Source of the DNA: Eledone cirrhosa
Lineage: Eukaryota
DNA length: 64,000 nucleotides
Assembly: GCA_964016885.1 (NCBI GenBank)
Contig: OZ024752.1
Coordinates: 39,556,001-39,620,000, forward strand
Direction of reading: 5' to 3'
The notes under the pieces were generated by a model, which was not told where the DNA came from, searched no databases, and worked only from the letters and a program-made list of their open reading frames with translations. This document shows positions 14,071 to 25,985 of this stretch, one piece after another. Each line of letters opens with the position of its first letter. Within the stretch, counting starts at the first letter, position 1. The translations under genes were made by a program, and so were the position numbers.

Positions 14071-14495
14071 ACATGCTTGATTGGAAAGTAAATAGAACCA
14101 GCAGCACGTAGATGGCATCTAGAGATAAAACCTAGATTGAGGGATCAAAGGTATTTCAACCGTGACCAGAGGCGTAGGTAGGGCATAGACAGCACGAAAC
14201 GTGTCATGGGCATCATTTGAAGCGGGAAGGCACCACCTTGGCCCTAGGGCTACCACCCTACTCACCACCATAGGCGCTGAGCTGGCCAGCCGCAGGATCT
14301 CCAGCACACAACTGATGAAGGAAAATTTTCTCCCCTTCGTGCTTTCCTCTTATTTATAAGTACACCTTATACAGCAACTACACAGCCCCTTCTTCATCTT
14401 CTTCTTCTTCTTCTTTCTGAGAGGGATGTGGGGGTTATAATCATCAAACAATCCTTCCAGTAGATCCAGTTGGATTCCCAAGTGAGACCAGCCGA

Positions 14496-14549
<54 letters not shown>

Positions 14550-14707
14550 GAAATACTGTTGGCCTCTTGCTCACATTAATTTCTCTATTTTCATATATAT
14601 ATATATATATATATAAAAATGAAAATAGAGAAAACTTTCTCTCTTTCGTACTTTCCTCTTATTGATAAGTACACCTTATCCACCAACTGCACAGTCCCCT
14701 GTTTCTT

Positions 14708-14789
<82 letters not shown>

Positions 14790-14947
14790 GAAATACTGTT
14801 GGCCTCTTGCTCACATTAATTTCTCTATTTTCATATATATATATATATATATATAAAAATGAAAATAGAGAAAACTTTCTCTCTTTCGTACTTTCCTCTT
14901 ATTGATAAGTACACCTTATCCACCAACTGCACAGTCCCCTGTTTCTT

Positions 14948-15018
<71 letters not shown>

Positions 15019-15020
<2 letters not shown>

Positions 15021-15433
15021 GATATTAAATAAATGGAAACTATATTTATAAAACCATATTTATTTCACTATATATATTTCAGGGATATCATATTAAAAAT
15101 ATGGTATGCCTTCATCAGACAAAATACAATATAAACAGTCTTATAAATAGATAGATTTGACATACCTTACAACTTCAAATCTATCTATTTATAAGACTGT
15201 CAAATCTATCTATTTATAAGACTGTTTATATTGTATTTTGTCTGATGAAGGCATACCATATTTTTAATATGATATCCCTGAAATATATATAGTGAAATAA
15301 ATATGGTTTTATAAATATAGTTTCCATTTATTTAATATCGTAATATCGTAAATATACTCCAAATACTTGTTGAGTGCTTTTATTTCAGTTATAAATATTT
15401 ACTCGTTGTAACCCAACAATTTAAATAAAACTT

Positions 15434-15437
<4 letters not shown>
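15019..15437 (+). mobile_element. Family A PLE-like element, 144-bp arms (15019-15162/15198-15341) plus 3' tail, in (TA)n
   Basis: Near-perfect palindrome flanked by (TA)n on both sides. Confidence 0.8.
15234..15299 (+). ncRNA. Minimal type I hammerhead, family A (antisense twin 15061-15126)
   Basis: UAUUUUGU-CUGAUGA-AGG..CCU-GAAA-UAUAUA-UA-GUGAAAUA. Confidence 0.75.
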
Positions 15438-15471
<34 letters not shown>

Positions 15472-15693
15472 GAAAGCACGAAAGAGAGAAAGTTTTCCTT
15501 CATCAGTTGTCTGTTGGGGGTCTTGGATATTTCTACGCATTAAAGACAAGATATCTCGCCCCAGTGCGTCAATAACTAGAGGAAGTTATTGGGGGGGGGG
15601 GGGGAGAAAACATATATAACAGAAGGGAAAAGGGAAGGAAAAGGAAAAAAAACACCGAAAAACAAAGGGGGTGTGGTAAGTCGTAACGGCACC

Positions 15694-15777
<84 letters not shown>

Positions 15778-15825
15778 TAAGAGAGTAAAACAAAGAATCC
15801 TTTAATACATCAAAAGTTTTTATTA

Positions 15826-15863
15826 GCCGACAATGTTTCGTCCTATTAAGGATTCATCAGGGC
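15826..15863 (-). ncRNA. Minimal type I hammerhead, family F
   Basis: Minus strand GCC-CUGAUGA-A-UCCU-UAAU-AGGA-C-GAAA-CAUUG-UC-GGC; canonical GUC cleavage triplet; within a 300-bp element (15778-16075) bounded by TA-rich microsatellite. Confidence 0.85.
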
Positions 15864-16208
15864 AATCAAAACAACAAGAGGTAATATCGGCAGATACAAG
15901 CCAGAAACTCTGAAGAATATGGAGTGTACATACACTAATGTCTTGCAAAGATATACGATAATAAAAATGAAAATAAAGATAAAAATAATAAAATTATAAT
16001 AACTAAGGATGTAGATAACATTAAGAACCATATTACAAATATAGTCCAAAGCCACCAACCTAAATCTAAACAAATATATGTATATATATATATGTATATA
16101 TATATATGTATATACATATGGTCCCTTACGATTTGAACACGTGTATGTATATATCTGTGTTTATCTCTCTTTTATATTCAATTATAATATATATACATAT
16201 ATATATAT

Positions 16209-16262
<54 letters not shown>

Positions 16263-16269
16263 ATGTGTA

Positions 16270-16300
<31 letters not shown>

Positions 16301-16407
16301 ATATATATATGTGTGTGTCTGTGCGTATATATATGTGTGTGTGTGCATATATGTGTGTGTTTGTGTGTATATATGTGTGTGTGTGTGTGTATATGTGTGT
16401 GTATATA

Positions 16408-16479
<72 letters not shown>

Positions 16480-16987
16480 CACCATCATCATGTGTCCACG
16501 TTTTCCCTGCTTGCAAGGGTGGGACAGGTCCTATTCAGAACAGCATCTCTCCACTTGTCACGGTCTTTCGTTATCTCCTCCGTGAGATATGCAAATCAGG
16601 CTGATCAGTGGATCTGCTAATATGCAGATCTGATTGATCAGCCATTTTGCTAATGTAAATGGAGTCGTTCGTAGACTTATATTCTACTTGTGTCGCGCGG
16701 GTTTATGTACGGGTGCGCGTGTTTATGTGTTTTGGTGTCCTTGAAATATGTATAATGAAATAAATATGGTTTTATAAATATAGTTTCCATTTGTTAATAT
16801 ATTGTATTGTGGATTGGCAGAATCGCTAGAGAGTTGGACGCCATGCTTTCCAGCATAGTTATGTCCCTTTACGGTCTGAGTTCAAATCCTGCCGAGGTTA
16901 ACTTTGCCTTTCATCCTTACGGGATCGATAAAATAAAGTACCAGGAATACACTGGGTAATTGCTGGCCTTGTTCCTAAAATAGAAAC

Positions 16988-17014
<27 letters not shown>

Positions 17015-17022
<8 letters not shown>

Positions 17023-17455
17023 TAAAAGGAATTCCATCTTTGTCTGATTTACTCGTTTTATTTACAATCCTTTAAAATTTATAATGGTATTAGAATGAAA
17101 TAGTATGATAGAATATTAAATGTTAAGTGTTAATTGAACAAGTACTTTCATGCTTTCGCAATCTTCAGGTTCATAATATGTGGTGACAGTCAAGTTTGCA
17201 ATTTTCAACTGTGAAAATTGCAAACACAGTTGAAAATTGCAAACTTGACTGTCACCACATATTATGAACCTGAAGATTGCGAAAGCATGAAAGTACTTGT
17301 TCAATTAACACTTAGAATTTAATATTCTATCATACTATTTCATTATGATACCATTATAAATTTTAAAGGATTGTAAATAAAACGAGTAAATCAGACAAAG
17401 TTGGAATTCCTCTTATTAATATAATCTTCTATACACAATCATACACACCCGTGTA
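17015..17455 (+). mobile_element. Family B PLE-like element, 199-bp arms (17015-17213/17225-17423)
   Basis: Palindrome next to (TA)n; degenerate second copy 29556-29783. Confidence 0.8.
17265..17303 (+). ncRNA. Minimal type I hammerhead, family B (antisense twin 17135-17173)
   Basis: UGAAC-CUGAAGA-UUGC-GAAA-GCAU-GAAA-GUAC-UU-GUUCA; palindromic GUAC stem III. Confidence 0.8.
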
Positions 17456-17533
17456 TATTTATCTATCTCTCTCTCTATATATATGTATATATACGATATT
17501 AATAAATGGAAACTATATTTATAAAACCATATT

Positions 17534-17598
17534 TATTTCATTATACATATTTCAGGGATACCACATTAAATTATGGTATGCCTTCATCAGACAAAATA
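17534..17598 (-). ncRNA. Minimal type I hammerhead, family A, in element 17493-17972
   Basis: Minus strand CUGAUGA-AGGCAUACCAUA..UGUGGUAUCCCU-GAAA-UAUGUA-UA-AUGAAAUA. Confidence 0.78.
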
Positions 17599-17968
17599 CA
17601 ATATATAACAGTTTTACAAATAGCTTTGACGTACCCTTTTAAAATACAACCATTACTTTTGGAGGCTGTCTGGATAGTGATTTGTTTATATTATTTTAAT
17701 AAGTCATAGTGTTAAGCAGAATTAGAAAAAGATGGAGAGAAAGAAAAAAGGCGGAGAGAGAGAAAAGAACAAAGACGGAGAGAGAGAGAAAGAAAACCTG
17801 AAGAAATATCGGAGAGAGAGAGAAATGTATGGAGAAAAGAAAGAGATAAATAAAGATAGGAGGAAATAAAAAATAAATCGTATATCTACTCCAAAAACTT
17901 GTCGAGTGCTTTATATCAGTTATAAAAATATTTACTTGTTGTATCCCAACAACTTTAAATAGAACTTT

Positions 17969-18013
<45 letters not shown>

Positions 18014-18107
18014 ATGTGTATATATATAATGCATGTGTGCGTGCGAGCTGTTTGTTAGGTGTATATATTTATCTTAGTTTTTCAATGATTGGGCATCTAG
18101 AAGTTAA

Positions 18108-18139
<32 letters not shown>

Positions 18140-18142
18140 ATT

Positions 18143-18648
18143 ATATTATAATGAAATGACAGGAGGCTGGATTTGTGTAAATCCTTGAAAGGTTTATTAT
18201 ACTATGATCATTTCAATGACCGGGTTCCGTATGAATCCGGTGATATCATCAGGTATTCGAAATATAATACGTGAATGTAATAGATAAAATCCATGGGGCT
18301 GAAAATCGAGGACCCGAGGGTGACCGCTATTCTGTTCCTCCAACCTCAGCCGGTCGCCCTGGATTTTATCTATTACATTCACGTATTATATTTCGAATAC
18401 CTGATGATATCACCGGATTCATACGGAACCCGGTCATTGAAATGATCATAGTATAATAAACCTTTCAAGGATTTACACAAATCCAGCCTCCTGTCATTTC
18501 ATTATAATATTTAACTCCGTACTAGCACCACCAACTACAAAAACAAAGATGGTTGAACTGCTTTACGTTGAGTACTCTCTATATTATTGCATTACGATTG
18601 ACCATACGGAATAGACCAGCTCTATACAGTGGTGAACCTCAAACCTGA

Positions 18649-18652
<4 letters not shown>
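18143..18652 (+). mobile_element. Family C PLE-like element, 151-bp arms (18143-18293/18360-18510) plus tail, in (TA)n
   Basis: Apparently perfect inverted arms, (TA)n both sides. Confidence 0.8.
18397..18454 (+). ncRNA. Minimal type I hammerhead, family C (antisense twin about 18199-18256)
   Basis: AUAC-CUGAUGA-stem II (ACCGG..CCGGU)-GAAA-UGAUCA-UA-GUAU. Confidence 0.8.
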
Positions 18653-18688
<36 letters not shown>

Positions 18689-19133
18689 CTTAGAGTTTAG
18701 ACTCAATGGGGTCATTTACAATCATTTCAGCTCTAGGAATCACTTCTGAGCAGTATAAATTAATATTTGATGAACATTTACATGTTTTAGTTGCAATTGA
18801 CTAATAAGATCGCTAGAGTGAAAAATCTTAATTCAACAACATAAAGTCTGCCTGTACGATCTAAAAAATAATAAATCAATACTCACAGACTCATATGGGC
18901 AAATATATATATATGGCATGGGAATGTACATATTTGTTAAGCAATGAAATAGGAGGAAAGGGTAAAGAGAAAATAGAGTGGAAGAACCAGAGACAAAGAA
19001 TGTGAGAGAAAAGAGAGACAGAAAATGTAGGCGGTATTATTATTGTCGGCTCAAATTTTTCCTCTTTCTCAAATCTGGATGTCAAAAAAGTGGGATGAGC
19101 CCTGTATTCGCATGTGCCGTGGGGGGGGGGGGG

Positions 19134-19220
<87 letters not shown>

Positions 19221-19341
19221 AGAAAGTATGACCCCGACGGCAGAGCTCAAGCCGTTTCGACGGCTATGAGAGAGAGAAAGAGTGAGTGAGTGAGAGTCTG
19301 GTGCGTTATGGTCCATCTGGTTCCTTACCACAACTCCTTCG

Positions 19342-19397
<56 letters not shown>

Positions 19398-19400
<3 letters not shown>

Positions 19401-19902
19401 GTATAGGATTACCCAAGATGTAGTAATGGTTAATTACTACACTGGATATGGTTGACGTACGGTGAGAGGTTACTCTACGAGTTATGGAAGAATTGTTGAA
19501 GAAACTTAGTTCCTGATCCTTCTGTATTCCGGAGTGTATATAAAGAATGAATAATAACAGGTAGACATCATAAAAAGGTAATTTATTCCGTGTGCTTACA
19601 AATGTTTCCACGGAGGATACTACAGCCTAGTTATGCTATGTGCAAATTTACAAGTATTTGCAGAACTCAAATATCCAATGCTGTGACCACTGTATCCTCA
19701 CTTAAGGGTATTTACATTGTACATTTTACCATTCTGCTCTGAGGATACAGTGGTCACAGCATTGGATATTTGAGTTCTGCAAATACTTGCAAATTTGCAC
19801 ATAGCATAACTAGGCTGTAGTACCACCGTGGAAACATTTGTAAGCACACGGAATAAATTACCTTTTTATGATGTCTACTTGTTATTATTCATTCTTTATA
19901 TA
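19398..19902 (-). mobile_element. Family D PLE-like element with inverted arms (19537-19700/19740-19902), in (TA)n
   Basis: Palindrome; close homologue at 53213-53692. Confidence 0.8.
19735..19846 (+). ncRNA. Type I hammerhead with 85-nt stem II, family D
   Basis: UGCU-CUGAGGA-[85 nt closed by ACAGUGGU/ACCACCGU]-GAAA-CAUUUG-UA-AGCA. Confidence 0.7.
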
Positions 19903-20122
19903 TATATATATATATATATACAGGAACGATCGACATTCGTCAAATCGAACCGTGGGAACACTGTTTCCGTTGGTCTTTCCAATTGCTAATACTATCTATC
20001 GGTCGCAACTCCAGGTAGAAGGAACAACGTGAAATAAAGTGTCTTGCTGAAGGACATAACGCATCACCTGGTCCAGGAATCGAACTCACAACCTTACGAT
20101 TGCGAATCCAATTCTCTGACCA

Positions 20123-20171
<49 letters not shown>

Positions 20172-20444
20172 AGGAGATGTGGTAAGGAACCCTATGAATA
20201 TTGATATTTGGTGGCTATTTATAATTAAACCGTAGGATTTCCACGGGTCAACTAGTCAAGATAAAAGTTGTAGGCGAATCATTTAATTTCATTTTTTATG
20301 TAAATAAATGACATTATAAATTGTTTGCAATTCTTTTAAAATGAAAATATAAACATATATAATAAATGGCTGTGTACCATTGTGTGTCTCTAGCAGAAAT
20401 TATACAATAGAAAATAGTAACCTAAGTAAGCATGAAAGAACAGC

Positions 20445-20770
20445 CGAACTCCCACTGTCATCGCCTCCATCCCTCTCGCCCTCCCCATCTCTCTGTATGG
20501 TGAGAAAATGGGGCCCCACAGCCCCACCGGACAGAATGGAGAAGGCGTTTCCCCGGAGGATGGTAAGGGAGATGTGCTGGAAGAGCCATTCCATCTCGCG
20601 AGACTCACACCTGCGGCTGGACAGCTCAGCGCCTATGGTGGTGAGTAGGGAGGTAACCCTAGGGCCAAGGACACAAGTAGTCTCCACTGCCAAGGGCACG
20701 TCAGCGAACCTGTCGAAGAGCGACCGGTACTTGGAGAGTTTGGCCTCCTCGGCCCGACGTGCTTGGGTTA
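20445..20770 (-). mobile_element. CRE-clade non-LTR retrotransposon 3' fragment
   Basis: ARRAEEAKLSKYRSL...PLAVET..LGP...ISLTILRGNA, the C-terminal signature of restriction-like endonuclease CRE elements. Confidence 0.75.
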
Positions 20771-20894
20771 GTTTCAGAGTGCACCAGGTTGCAGTTGGAG
20801 AAAGCGTCGCTGCAAGTGGCATCACAGACGAGGGGTTTGCCACTGCAGAACAATTGACTGTTGCAAGGAACCTCACAAAAATATACAAACCAAA

Positions 20895-20990
<96 letters not shown>

Positions 20991-21369
20991 CAAAAACAGA
21001 AACGACCATCAATTCACCACCAAATATGACAAACGACTGCACGTCATACCACTATTGTCAACGAAATATTTTAAGGCAAACCAATACACTCGCAGTGATG
21101 GCGAGGCTAGGGTGCTGAAACAACCAGGCATCCTCACGGGCTTCACCTGGCGATGATAAGAACTTCGTTGTCAGCGGCCCAGTTCCACGAAACGTCTCGA
21201 ACGCCACAGGCTGGAAAAGAATAATTGTTAGATAGATTTTGAAAGATTATTTGACCACCATTCATCTTGGCTGAATTATTGAAGATCAATGAACATGGAT
21301 TTTTAAAAGCCACCATTCTGAAAGAGAGGACATCTTGAAGAAATCTATCTTTAAAAGAAATTTATCTTT

Positions 21370-22181
21370 AAAAGATTGGAGATACTATATATTGTAAAAG
21401 ATTGGAGATACTATATATTGTAAAAGATTGGAGATACTATATATTGTAAAAGATTGGAGATACTATATATTGTAAAAGATTGGAGATACTATATATTGTA
21501 AAAGATTGGAGATACTATATATTGTAAAAGATTGGAGATACTATATATTGTAAAAGATTGGAGATACTATATATTGTAAAAGATTGGAGATACTATATAT
21601 TGTAAAAGATTGGAGATACTATATATTGTAAAAGATTGGAGATACTATATATTGTAAAAGATTGGAGATACTATATATTGTAAAAGATTGGAGATACTAT
21701 ATATTGTAAAAGATTGGAGATACTATATATTGTAAAAGATTGGAGATACTATATATTGTAAAAGATTGGAGATACTATATATTGTAAAAGATTGGAGATA
21801 CTATATATTGTAAAAGATTGGAGATACTATATATTGTAAAAGATTGGAGATACTATATATTGTAAAAGATTGGAGATACTATATGTTGTAAAAGATTGGA
21901 GATACTATATATTGTAAAAGATTGGAGATACTATATATTGTAAAAGATTGGAGATACTATATATTGTAAAAGATTGGAGATACTATATATTGTAAAAGAT
22001 TGGAGATACTATATATTGTAAAAGATTGGAGATACTATATGTTGTAAAAGATTGGAGATACTATATATTGTAAAAGATTGGAGATACTATATATTGTAAA
22101 AGATTGGCGATACTATATATTGTAAAAGATTGGAGATACTATATATTGTAAAAGATTGGAGATACTATATATTGTAAAAGA
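21370..22181. repeat. 26-bp minisatellite (AAAGATTGGAGATACTATATATTGTA), about 31 near-identical copies
   Basis: Direct tandem repetition. Confidence 0.97.
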
Positions 22182-22933
22182 TCTACTAACTATAAACCAA
22201 ATATTTGAGTACATGGAAGCTACAAAAAGATTCAACAACAGAACCTTCTAACTGCTTTGCAGCTTGCCGTGTTTTCCATTTTATCTTTATCTGTTTTTTA
22301 ATGCTTATCCTCCCCCCCCCCCCCACTCACCCCGTTGGCCTTCCCTATTTAAATATTTTTGTATCATTCTATTGTGTTTATTTATATTTTTTATTTAATT
22401 ATCTCTATTTGGGTTTTTGTAGTCTGCCATGGCTTAATAGCACTGTACAGATGATTAAATTAATAAATAAATAAGGGAGGCGAAGTCATAAGTTAGCAGA
22501 ACAATTTCAATAGCTTTACTGTATATGTGCTCGACATGCTTGGAGGGTTTCAGGATAAAAAAACAAAACCTGACAAAGGGCGGAAGAACTCATAAGAGTC
22601 AACGGCCATCCAAATATGTGTAAATATGTATATGCATGGTTATGTATATGCGCAGGGACATAGAAATAATTTGGCTGGATACCCTATCGCGCGGTTAAGC
22701 CACTGGGAGTGAAGGACCCCTAGCCTTTGTCAGGGCATTCTTCTAGGAGAAAGCAACCCAGGAAACTGGGATAACTCCGACATAAAACCTGCAGCTCAGT
22801 AGTTACCCATGATGTTGATCTTTTCTTCATTTTGGGTTATAGTTACTGTCTCTCAGAGAGTGGGATTGGCTCAGTGCACAGTCTTTCCTCATTTAAAAAA
22901 AAATCTTCACGCACACGCATTGCACGATAGCAT

Positions 22934-23499
22934 TTGGCAGTATCGGTGGAGGGTCGGACGCCATGCTTTCCAGCATAGTTACGTCCCTTTACGATCTGAG
23001 TTCAAATCCCGCCGAGGTTGACTTTGCCTTTCATCCTTACGGGGGTCGATAAAATAAAGTACCAGTAATGCACTGGGTAATTGCTGGCCTTGTGCCTAAA
23101 GTAGAAACAATTAATTAATAGAGTAATTATTAATAATTGTTTCTACTTTTGGCACAAGGCCAGCAATTACCCAGTGTATTACTGGTATTTTATTAATTGT
23201 TTCTACTTTAGGCACAAGGCCAGCAATTACCCAGTGTATTACTGGTATTTTATTAATTGTTTCTACTTTAGGCACAAGGCCAGCAATTACCCAGTATATT
23301 ACTGGTACTTTATTAATTGTTTCTACTTTAGGCACAAGGCCAGCAATTACCCAGTGCATTACTGGTACTTTATTTTATCGACCCCGTAAGGATGAAAGGC
23401 AAAGTCAACCTCGGCGGGATTTGAACTCAGGTCGTAAAGGGACGAAACTATGCTGGGAAGCATGGCGTCCGACCCTCTACCGATACTGCCAATCCACCG
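22934..23499. mobile_element. Tail-to-tail SINE pair with a 60-bp x4 tandem of the SINE 3' end
   Basis: + copy 22934-23112, - copy with repeated tail 23133-23499. Confidence 0.9.
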
Positions 23500-23551
23500 A
23501 ATAATGTTATATCATGCAAGGGCCATACTCGATAACGAGGGGGCAGCCATC

Positions 23552-23602
<51 letters not shown>

Positions 23603-23968
23603 CACACACAGATGGAGGAGGAGATATATGAGTGAGGTGAAGAAGCAGTGTCAGAAAGAGTTTTCAGTTTATCATTCTAACTTATGGGAGTTATGGGCGT
23701 CATACATATAGGAAAACATGCATATAGGAAAGACTTCCAGACAATCCTAGAATGGACACAACGTATGTGTCTATATACATCATGAATCTAACCTTATATA
23801 TATATATATATATATATATAGACATATATATATAGACTTTATGTATGACTACTACTCGTGGGAATCGTTGAGTTCTTTTGTATTGAACGTAATAAAACTT
23901 TTCGGTACAAATATATATACTTGAAATTATACAAAAAAATTACAGTCTTTAAACTGTCTTTGCTTTTG

Positions 23969-24080
<112 letters not shown>

Positions 24081-24262
24081 TGCACACACAGACTAAGGTG
24101 TGTTTGTATTGAATTAGGTTTGCATGATACAAACGTCATGATTCAAGAATTTAGTGAATTTATTTAATATTGTTGGCAATTCATCGATTGTTGCTACTCA
24201 GTCTAACGTTAAATGTCTTATATAGATTTATAAGCAGACATACTGGTATGACCATTTCGATG

Positions 24263-24312
<50 letters not shown>

Positions 24313-24388
24313 GGTTGTCAAGTATGAAATTTGTAGAAATTTATAGAAAAAAAAAAAAAATTTCTACAAATTTCATACTTGACGACCC

Positions 24389-24440
<52 letters not shown>

Positions 24441-24818
24441 CACACAGACCATTGTGTTACTTTCTGTTTAAGAAAGTAGAATGTCATTTAATGCGATTAC
24501 GTGGGTTTTCTTTGTGTATGGTTTGAATAACCAAGCTTTCTCATCTCGTTGTAAAAGGGTGTGTTCAGTTGATTTTCTTTATGCCTAAAGTTAACACAAA
24601 ACGCTAAAGTTTGTCTCGAGCCCAGAGGCTTCTCGGACCAGTGCTTATCCTAGTGTGTGTGGTGTGAAGCAACTGATAGTACAACATTCTCCCCTGGACA
24701 GGACGCCAGTGCATCACATGGTTAATAAACTCTCCATTTACAGCTGCTACTCGTTTTTAACTGAGTATACTGGAGCAACGTGAAATGAAGTGTTTTGCTC
24801 AAGAACACAACACACAAC

Positions 24819-25587
24819 CCTGTCCACGACATTTTGATCGTAAATCCAAAACCTTTACCACGTGCCCTCACAAAGGTTACACAGCCATTCAATAAACATA
24901 GCCGTTCAATAAACATAGCCGTTCAATAAATATAGATTGATAAAATAAGTATTAGGCTGATTAGATACTGGTCAAGCCTGTCCACGACATTTTGATCGTA
25001 AATCCAAAACCTTTACCACGAGCCCTCACAAAGGTTACACAGCCATTCAATAAACATAGCCGTTCAATAAACATAGCCGTTCAATAAATATAGATTGATA
25101 AAATAAGTATTAGGCTGATTAGATACTGGTCAAGCCTGTCCACGACATTTTGATCGTAAATCCAAAACCTTTACCACGAGCCCTCACAAAGGTTACACAG
25201 CCATTCAATAAACATAGCCGTTCAATAAACATAGCCGTTCAATAAATATAGATTGATAAAATAAGTATTAGGCTGATTAGATACTGGTCAAGCCTGTCCA
25301 CGACATTTTGATCGTAAATCCAAAACCTTTACCACGAGCCCTCACAAAGGTTACACAGCCATTCAATAAACATAGCCGTTCAATAAACATAGCCGTTCAA
25401 TAAATATAGATTGATAAAATAAGTATTAGGCTGATTAGATACTGGTCAAGCCTGTCCACGACATTTTGATCGTAAATCCAAAACCTTTACCACGAGCCCT
25501 CACAAAGGTTACACAGCCATTCAATAAACATAGCCGTTCAATAAATATAGATTGATAAAATAAGTACTAGCCTGATTAGATACTGGT
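24819..25587. repeat. 158-bp tandem repeat, about 5 copies
   Basis: CCTGTCCACGAC at 24819, 24977, 25135, 25293, 25451. Confidence 0.95.
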
Positions 25588-25678
25588 ATCAATATGATTG
25601 ACTAAGATACTTGAGGGTGGAGCCTCAGTATAAACACAGTTTTATTACTAAAGCCAGCGGAAAAACATATTTCAATTA

Positions 25679-25851
25679 CGAGGATCGGCTGAAAAGTTCA
25701 TAGGCTGACCAAGTTAATCTCTTAGAATGAGATATATTTTTCACATAGTCCCTGAAAAGAAACAATGCAGTTATTAATAAGAAGAGTTGAAATTAATGGA
25801 TGTAAGATTTCACTCCTTCATAGTCAGCCTATGAACTTTTTAGCTAACTCT
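25679..25851. mobile_element. Mariner-type MITE
   Basis: TA-flanked TIR CGAGGATCGGCTGAAAAGTTCATAGGCTGAC/GTCAGCCTATGAACTTTTTAGCTAACTCTCA; other copies about 32181-32375 and 49676-51418. Confidence 0.75.
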
Positions 25852-25905
25852 CATATATAATATATATATGTATATATATATATATATATATATAATGTAT
25901 ATATG

Positions 25906-25978
<73 letters not shown>

Positions 25979-25985
<7 letters not shown>

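Noticed and set aside
13492-14091. 199-aa ORF with three 59-aa repeats
   Set aside because: Product of a 177-bp tandem triplication of a dispersed non-coding repeat
17015-17423. Long palindromes as MITEs or foldback DNA transposons
   Set aside because: Arms are asymmetric (one has a tail), inner breakpoints vary between copies, and each contains a hammerhead core, which fits retroelement-derived inversion better than TIRs
18197-18456. Mirror-image ORF pairs (also 17116-17304 and 52953-53881)
   Set aside because: Arise automatically from the palindromic arms; no protein motifs
20400-20993. 197-aa ORF as a host gene
   Set aside because: Microsatellite read-through fused to a CRE retrotransposon fragment
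21370-22181. CRISPR-like appearance of regular repeats (also 2886-3990, 7183-8443, 50019-51165)
   Set aside because: No unique spacers, no cas genes, eukaryotic context; plain minisatellites
22670-22930. Possible HDV-like ribozyme in an RTE 5'UTR-like segment
   Set aside because: Could not assemble the nested double pseudoknot by eye; needs a descriptor search
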